A DNA stretch of 64,000 nucleotides. Source: an uncultured delta proteobacterium (GTDB taxonomy: Bacteria; Desulfobacterota; Desulfobacteria; Desulfobacterales; QNYZ01). The translations under genes were made by a program, and so were the position numbers. Location of the stretch: contig CAWJQU010000003.1 of NCBI GenBank assembly GCA_963845145.1, positions 64,001 to 128,000 on the forward strand, in the 5' to 3' direction. The notes under the pieces are model-generated. The model made no database searches. It was not told where the DNA came from and saw nothing but the letters and a program-made list of their open reading frames with translations. Positions within the stretch are counted from its first letter, which is position 1. Every line of letters starts with the position of its first letter. This document shows, piece by piece, positions 57,619 to 64,000 of this stretch.

Positions 57619-58638
57619 TTATCCTGTTTTACAAAACGCATCGCGCGCCTTTGGCAGCTGTAATACATTTTCAAGAGGTGATAGCGGTGCAATACCACAA
57701 CCCGGTGTCAGGAAATCTGTCCCGTTTTCAAGGCACTGGATGGATTCCTGGTAACACGCATCCGCAGAGCCCATGAAAAGCGTCGTGGCCGCAGCTACGT
57801 TTCCAAATACGCGTACGTTTTTCTTGTGGGCCACTTCCACCGCGGTTTTCATGTCGGCTTTTTCCTCGATGCTGATACCGGCAATCCCTGTTTCGCACAT
57901 GAAGGGGATGATCTTGTCTGTATTGGCGCAGATGTGAAGAACCACCGGTCCTTTTGACTTGGCCACCACCTCCGTAATCACCGGTTGCACCAACGTTTGC
58001 CAGAATTTCGGGCTCATCAGTGCCGGTCCGGATGACGGTTCTGCGATACAATAGTAATCCGCCCCCTGATCAAAGGCCCAATTGATGACATCGACCATGA
58101 CGGCCTTGGTAACATCCAGGACTTGGGCCACCTTGTCTTTAGCCTTCATGGTCCACTTTAAAAAGGTTTCCGTTCCCACCAGATTACAGGCGGCGGTCCA
58201 GGGGCCCTCAGATTCGCCAAAGACCACTATGTCGTCGCCCACCTTTTCTTTTAGAATGCGAAACTGCTCCTTATACGCGGGGAAGCGCCCGAGTTCGAAG
58301 AAGTTATCCGGATACGCCAAGCCGTCCAAACTGGCCGCATAGGGATGCTCTTTTATGAAGTATTGCAGATCTATCTGAGGCTCTCCCAAAGCACACCCGA
58401 GTACTTCGCTCACCGGTGTGATATCCCAACCCATGGCTTTGATCCATTCAAATCCGGCGATTTGATGGCCGGCAATGGCCAGGTCCGCCATGAGTTTGGG
58501 ATCCGTGTCCGCCTCCGGCCGCACGGCGCCACATTTATTCATCAGTTCCACAATGCCGTAAGTTGTGGTGCAACCCACCGGCACCATGTCCACATCTTGT
58601 CCTTCCAATCGCCTCATGAAGCGTTCTTTTAGATTCAT
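57619..58638 (-). CDS. MtaA/CmuA-family methylcobamide methyltransferase (URO-D fold)
   Basis: RPEADTDP.LMA, GPWT.A, AEPSS, Zn ligands HIC and PGC, GNV. Confidence 0.82.
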   Translation of the reverse strand: MNLKERFMRRLEGQDVDMVPVGCTTTYGIVELMNKCGAVRPEADTDPKLMADLAIAGHQIAGFEWIKAMGWDITPVSEVLGCALGEPQIDLQYFIKEHPYAASLDGLAYPDNFFELGRFPAYKEQFRILKEKVGDDIVVFGESEGPWTAACNLVGTETFLKWTMKAKDKVAQVLDVTKAVMVDVINWAFDQGADYYCIAEPSSGPALMSPKFWQTLVQPVITEVVAKSKGPVVLHICANTDKIIPFMCETGIAGISIEEKADMKTAVEVAHKKNVRVFGNVAAATTLFMGSADACYQESIQCLENGTDFLTPGCGIAPLSPLENVLQLPKARDAFCKTG

Positions 58639-58777
58639 ATGCCATCTCTCCTTTTTTTGCCGTACCGTCGGCTACTAACGGTGATTGGTGATCAGGGCTT
58701 TGCTACTTGAAACCAGAGGATAAATCTTCTCAATTTACACGTCGTTCTCTACTCCCTGATGAAGTGAAAAACACTTT

Positions 58778-59491
58778 TTATACCGCCAGGTGGTCGAGAA
58801 TGATCTGTTGATCATCCATCAGTTCCTGGGTAGTAGCAACTCCGGTAATTTTTCCTTTGGTGCTCATTAAATAGTGCCGGCTGGCCACCTTTAAGGCCAT
58901 ACGGTAATTCTGCTCTACGACCAGCAAGGTCATTCCTGATTTGACACAAAAATTCCGGACGATTTCCGTTACATGATCCACCAGCAGGGGTGAGAGGCCC
59001 TGTGAAGGTTCGTCAAGAATAATTATTTTGGGATTGCTGATGAGGGCTCGTCCGATGGCTAACATTTGCTGCTCACCCCCACTGAGGGTAGCGCCGTCTT
59101 GTTTATTGCGATCCGCCAGTACCGGAAAATGTTCATATACCCGCTCTAAGGTCCACGGTTTTGAGCCATTGCCGGGACGCGCCGCCAGTTTGAGATTCTC
59201 TTCCACCGAAAGCCCCGGAAAGATATGCCTTTCAGCCGGCACGTAAGCAACACCCAGGTTGGATACACGGTGAGCCGGCCAGCCGGTGGTGTCTTTACCG
59301 GCGATGGCAACAGTGCCGGACCTTGGTGGCGTCAGCCCCATCACTGATCGCAAAGTCGTGGTCTTGCCCACACCGTTTCGACCCAAAATCGATACGGCTT
59401 CCTGGGCTTTTACAAACAAGGAGAGCCCTTGAATAATATAACTCTCACCGTAGTAGGTATGAATATCTTTTACTTGCAGAATATTAGGCAT
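58778..59491 (-). CDS. Branched-chain amino acid-type ABC ATPase (LivF-like)
   Basis: GRNGVGKTT, LSGGEQQMLAIGRAL, LDEPSQGL, VEQN. Confidence 0.92.
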   Translation of the reverse strand: MPNILQVKDIHTYYGESYIIQGLSLFVKAQEAVSILGRNGVGKTTTLRSVMGLTPPRSGTVAIAGKDTTGWPAHRVSNLGVAYVPAERHIFPGLSVEENLKLAARPGNGSKPWTLERVYEHFPVLADRNKQDGATLSGGEQQMLAIGRALISNPKIIILDEPSQGLSPLLVDHVTEIVRNFCVKSGMTLLVVEQNYRMALKVASRHYLMSTKGKITGVATTQELMDDQQIILDHLAV

Positions 59492-60230
59492 CTTTTCCAA
59501 GGTAGGCCTCTCTGACCAATTGATTGGTCTTGATCTCTTCGGGTACCCCTTCGGCGATAACACTGCCATAGTGCAGCACCGTGATTTTATCTGAGATCCT
59601 CATGACCATATCCATGTCATGCTCCACCAGCACAATCGAGATCTCTTCCGCCAGTCCTCTGATCAGATTAGAAATATGATTGGTTTCCGCCGGAGACATG
59701 CCGGCCGTGGGCTCATCCAGAAAGAGGATCTGGGGACTACCGGCCAGCGCGATAGCGACTTCAAGAACTCGCTGGTCACCGTATGCCAAATTTTTCGCCT
59801 GCCGAAGGGCCAGATCCTGAAGGCCAAGCCGTTCCAATATGGACCAGGTTTCCTCGGACACTTTTTTTAAACTGTTTTTTGTGGAAAAAATATTTAAGGA
59901 CCCGCCTTCACGGGCCTGCCTGGCAATCCTTACATTTTCAAATACGGTCAGGTTTTGGAAGATGCTGGTAATCTGAAAGGTACGGCAAATGCCCATTTTG
60001 ACGAGTTCATGGGTCGGTTTGTTGGTGATTTCGGTCCCTTGGAAAAAGACCTTTCCGGAGCTGGCCGTTATGCGGCCGGTAATGATATTGATAAAGGTTG
60101 TCTTACCGGCACCGTTGGGGCCAATAATGGATCTCAAACCACTATCTTCGATGTCGATACATACACAATCTGTCGCCAAAACGCCGCCAAATTGACGGCA
60201 TAGATCATCAGTGCATAAAAAGGCTTCCAT
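59484..60230 (-). CDS. Branched-chain amino acid-type ABC ATPase (LivG-like)
   Basis: GPNGAGKTT, RTFQI, LAYGDQR, LDEPTAG, VEHDM, AYLG. Confidence 0.92.
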   Translation of the reverse strand: MEAFLCTDDLCRQFGGVLATDCVCIDIEDSGLRSIIGPNGAGKTTFINIITGRITASSGKVFFQGTEITNKPTHELVKMGICRTFQITSIFQNLTVFENVRIARQAREGGSLNIFSTKNSLKKVSEETWSILERLGLQDLALRQAKNLAYGDQRVLEVAIALAGSPQILFLDEPTAGMSPAETNHISNLIRGLAEEISIVLVEHDMDMVMRISDKITVLHYGSVIAEGVPEEIKTNQLVREAYLGKDA

Positions 60231-60240
60231 AATGCTTAAA

Positions 60241-61236
60241 TTAGTACCTTCGCAGCCGTTTTAGATAAGAACCGAGGCCGACGAAACCCGTCGGCATAAA
60301 CAAAACCAGAAAGATAACAACCAAGCCTAAATAAATTTCCCAATGCTCGGTCATGGTGCTGATGTAATCTTGGATATAGATGAAAATCCCTGCACCGACC
60401 AGAGGCCCCCAGAGGGTTCCCATGCCGCCCAGGAGTACCATCATTAGTACACCGGCACCGGCAAATGAACTCATGGTGGTGGGGCCGATATACCCTTTAT
60501 AGAGGATGAAGAGCGCACCGGAAATACTTGCCAAAATACAGGCCAGCATCCAGCCATAGAGTTTATAGCGACGGACATTGATGCCCACAAAGGCCGCACG
60601 CTCCTCATTCTCGCGGATGGCTTCCAGTACTGCGCCAAATGGAGATCTGATAATTCGCCGGGTGAGAAAAAAGCATATACTCACTATCACCAGGGTCATT
60701 AGATAGATGTGCGTCGGATTTCCCGTGTTGCCTATTGACCAACCAAACAGCTGGATATCCGGACTGGGAACTCCCATCAGGCCATCATCTCCGCCGGTGA
60801 CATCGTACCATTTCCATACAATCGTATGAAACATCATCCCAAAAGCAAGGGTCAGCAATGCAAAGGCCAGCCCTCCCGTGCGCACCTGAACCCAGCCCAC
60901 CGGCAGGGCCACGACACTCGTAACGATAATCCCGGCCAGGCCTGCCAGCCATAATGAAGTAGGGGATATGTGGATAAGAAACAGGCCGACAATATAGGCT
61001 CCGATTCCGAGGTAGGCATTGTGCATAAAGGATAGCAACCCGGTGTACCCTAAAAGCACATCCAGGCTCATGGCCAGGAGTCCGTATATCATAATTTCAG
61101 TGATAAGGCTGATATAGAACCGGTTGTTCCACACAAACGGCAGTAGCGCCAGTGCGAGAAAGAGCGCAACAAGAGCGACAATTTTAATGGGAGCAGCCGA
61201 TGGATGGTCATCGGGGATTGTGGTTGACACACTCAT
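60241..61236 (-). CDS. ABC permease (LivM-like)
   Basis: GYTGLLSF, TGGDDG, AIRENEERA, LGGMGTLWGP. Confidence 0.9.
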   Translation of the reverse strand: MSVSTTIPDDHPSAAPIKIVALVALFLALALLPFVWNNRFYISLITEIMIYGLLAMSLDVLLGYTGLLSFMHNAYLGIGAYIVGLFLIHISPTSLWLAGLAGIIVTSVVALPVGWVQVRTGGLAFALLTLAFGMMFHTIVWKWYDVTGGDDGLMGVPSPDIQLFGWSIGNTGNPTHIYLMTLVIVSICFFLTRRIIRSPFGAVLEAIRENEERAAFVGINVRRYKLYGWMLACILASISGALFILYKGYIGPTTMSSFAGAGVLMMVLLGGMGTLWGPLVGAGIFIYIQDYISTMTEHWEIYLGLVVIFLVLFMPTGFVGLGSYLKRLRRY

Positions 61237-62111
61237 TATTCAAATTTTCCTTCTCCCAGAAGTCCAAGGGGCTTAAAGGTCAGAATAACTGCCATCATCA
61301 TGTAGACGATAACCATGGCCAGATCAGTGATGAAAAACTCTGCTAGGGTTTGCACCACACCGATTAAGATCGCTGCAAACACGGCCCCCCTTAAACTTCC
61401 TAACCCGCCGATGACAATTACCACAAAGGAGCTGATCAGCATCTCATGGCCCATGAGCGGATCAATCGTTGTTAAGGGGCCAGCGATGATCCCCGCCACC
61501 CCTGCAAGCGCGCATCCCAAGACAAACGCTCCGATGTGAACATAGTTCATATTGAAGCCCAGGCATGAGACCATTTCGGGAATCGTACTGGAGGCTCTCA
61601 GGATCATGCCGAGACGCGTCTTGTTGAGAAATAACATCAGAGCGATCATAACCGCGGCCGTAATCCCAAGCGTGACCAGGCGAAACACCGGGTAGTGGGT
61701 GCCCAGGATAGACAGGGTTTCCTGCATAAATTTGGGCAGCTCAATAAACCGGGGCTCGTTTCCCCAACTTTGTTTGATCAATCCGTCCAAAAAAAACATT
61801 AAACCGTAGGTCAGGATGAGGGTGTAAACCATGGAACGCTTACGCATGGGGGCAATGACGGTACGCTCCAGTATCAACCCCACAAATCCCACGATGATAG
61901 GCGTGATTAGTAAAGCCACAAAGAAGTTCAGGCCTGTGGCCACCAGCGTATAGCCGGTGTAGGCACCGATGGCGTAGAGAGAGCCGTGAGCCAAGTTCAT
62001 CACCCGGCTGAGCCCATAAATAATGTTCAGGCCAATTGCCACGATCAAAAAGACGCCACCAAGAACCAGACTGTTTAATAAAATGTCTACAGCAGTGCCG
62101 ATGCCAATCAT
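61236..62111 (-). CDS. ABC permease (LivH-like)
   Basis: GLNIIYG...MNLAHG, TRLG..LRA, VIGGLGS..GA. Confidence 0.9.
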   Translation of the reverse strand: MIGIGTAVDILLNSLVLGGVFLIVAIGLNIIYGLSRVMNLAHGSLYAIGAYTGYTLVATGLNFFVALLITPIIVGFVGLILERTVIAPMRKRSMVYTLILTYGLMFFLDGLIKQSWGNEPRFIELPKFMQETLSILGTHYPVFRLVTLGITAAVMIALMLFLNKTRLGMILRASSTIPEMVSCLGFNMNYVHIGAFVLGCALAGVAGIIAGPLTTIDPLMGHEMLISSFVVIVIGGLGSLRGAVFAAILIGVVQTLAEFFITDLAMVIVYMMMAVILTFKPLGLLGEGKFE

Positions 62112-62317
62112 GTTGCTCTCTTTTTACTATTAGCTTTGTAAAATAAAGCGATGCGATCAGGTTTGGATAGATCGTAATTTGACATAGAGCCTGTATTTTT
62201 CCCCTCAGAGGCGGGGAATAGGTAGTACAGATGGTTTCGAGTTGGTCGATGGGCGGCAGAGGGTTGCCCTCGCCCCCCCTGCCGCACCAGATCGTTTACC
62301 CGAAAAAGGTTTCGTTT

Positions 62318-63518
62318 TTATGTTTCCGGGGGTCCCAGTTCGTCGGCTTTAAATGTTTCCAGGACCTTCATGTAGACCTTGGCACCGAAAGGATTCGGTC
62401 GGTGCAGCCATTGTTTCCGTTAAAACAGCGTCATTGCGCATGCAATTGTCTTTATCGGAGATTCTTACCGTCCCGTAGGGGCCGTCGTAACTGATACCTT
62501 TGAGCGCCGCCGCGATGGCCTTGGCATCGGTATTGCCGGCTTTTTCAATGGCGTTAAACAGGTTCATGGCGCCCACATAACTGTGAACTGCAGCATCGGA
62601 CGGAATGGTTTTATATTTTTCGAAAAAAGCGATTTCCCATTTGTCGGAGATGGCATTGTTGACGTCCCAGGACCAGTCCGATGCACCAAAAATGCCGTAA
62701 CAGGCTTCTCCGCCGGCTTCCAGTTCCAAGGGGCCCGGCGCTGCGGCCGATACCAATTTAATACCTTGAGCCTGAATACCAAAATCAGCCGCCTGTTTGG
62801 CAAACACCGGAATGACATTGGTAATAAAAGCCATGTAGATACCGTCCGCTCCAGATGCCTTGATCTTGCTGATGTAAGAGGACCAGTCTTTAGTCTTGAT
62901 GGGCGCCTTGTCAAACTTTTCATTATAGATCTTGATACCGTTTTCTTTTGCAAGTTCAATGAATCGCTCACCAGCGTCATGTCCCCAGGAGTAGTCATGA
63001 ACGAGGACATAATAGGTGCGATCTTTCAGGTCCGGGCGTCGCCAGAATGCCTTTGACATTTCCCACAGCGGTTTGATCGTTGGCCAGTTGACCGCTTCTG
63101 AAAACCAGCGGATGAAGGCCGTAGAATTTGGTGGTCATAACATGGGTGCTGACAAAGGGAACATTGAGTTTGTCGATGTTTTTTGCAAGTAGCGAGTCCC
63201 ACCCCACTGGAAAAGACGCCAATCAGTGCCTTGCAGTCATCCTTATAAACCAATTTTTCAGCTTTGGTCACGGCAACGGGTGGTTTCACCTGGGTATCCT
63301 CCACCATCAGCTCAATGGGCCGGCCCAAAACTGTTCCTTTATCCGCGGCTGCCATCTCGATGCCGTACTTCATTTCCAGCCCACCCTGGGCGACAATACC
63401 GGTTAGGGGTACCAACACACCGATTTTTACAGCTTCTTTGGCCACCTGCCAGTTGTGGAATGACGATCATTAAGGCTGATACAGCACACAGCGTAACTTT
63501 CAAAACCTTCTTCATCAT
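62318..63518 (-). pseudogene. LivK-type ABC substrate-binding protein broken by about 4 frameshifts
   Basis: Signal peptide from ATG 63518/63515 (AGGAGGAG RBS); fragments KIGVLVPLTG, VEDTQ, DYSWG and YDGPYG lie in different frames; likely end ...ELGPPET* at 62318. Confidence 0.8.
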
Positions 63519-63645
63519 CTCCTCCTTTTCATAAAAAATGCATCACTGAAACGGCGCCCGTATCCCCAAGAATACGGGCTCTCAGGTTTGTAACCGATCT
63601 GAAGCGAGTCGTTGCTCGTGAATGACAGCAGAAATATTTCTTAAT

Positions 63646-64000
63646 TTATTCTGCCAAAGCCAAATCGATCAGTTCGGTCAGGTCATGCAGGGTCATCTTG
63701 CTGCCGACCCGTTTGGAGCCCTCGGTAAGATTGAAATAACAAAAGGGACATATGGAAACCATTTTTTCAGCGCCGGTCTCTTCGCCTTCCTGGATACGCA
63801 GGCCCGCATTTTTTCCGGCCCAGTCTGTAAACCCGGTCATGACTCCGCCGCCGCCGCCGCAGCAGTAACGAATTGCCGCGAATCCGGTCCATCTCCATAA
63901 ATGTCACCCCGGGGATGGCCTGAATGATCTCTCGAGGCATGTCATACATGCACTCGCTTTCGTCCACATCCACTAAGGCCCCTTCCCATAGGTCGTCGCC
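63646..64000 (-). CDS. C-terminal part of a CCG-domain Fe-S protein (HdrD/GlpC-like), frameshift near 63865; truncated by the window edge
   Basis: YDMPRE.I..IPG...EM, CCGGGGG (restored across the shift), CPFC..NL. Confidence 0.8.

Noticed and set aside
63590..63613. TGTAAC...CGTT resembling the ECF motif
   Set aside because: Spacer is 15 nt and the orientation is antisense to the local genes.

Overview
Bacterial chromosomal segment. The gene content (b558-type sdhCAB, DUF3786, DUF4405, STAND-type nucleotidyl cyclase, MtaA/CmuA methyltransferase, CCG-domain protein) suggests an anaerobic Desulfobacterota/deltaproteobacterium; this is an inference. Housekeeping blocks are tolQRAB-pal-cpoB, sdhCAB-mscS, menA, trkA/trkH, uup, dnaX-ybaB-recR and tRNA-Ser(GGA), plus MATE, MFS, Na/Pi, peptide-ABC and Liv-type ABC transporters. 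Two accessory loci stand out. (1) 14.6-19.0 kb: an ECF sigma factor, a membrane anti-sigma with an extracytoplasmic CBM48/AMPK-type glucan-binding domain, a CBM48-like lipoprotein, a secreted (GPGAGP/S)14 silk-like protein, a second Gly-rich exported protein and an exported ferritin-like DUF2202 protein. Each of its four transcription units is preceded by a GTAAC-N16-(C/G)GT(T/C) promoter-like motif, which defines a self-contained regulon. (2) 53.6-64 kb: a nitrilase-less Nit1C-like module (radical SAM fused to GNAT, plus an AIR-synthase-like protein) co-oriented with a variant ureohydrolase, a MtaA/CmuA methyltransferase, a Liv-type ABC transporter and a CCG Fe-S protein. Also notable are a glutamate-racemase homologue lacking its second catalytic Cys, two ~150-bp TA-bounded palindromic elements with a shared internal architecture, an A10G slippery run in dnaX, and several frameshifts that are probably sequencing errors. 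Family assignments come from motif recognition only; no searches were run.
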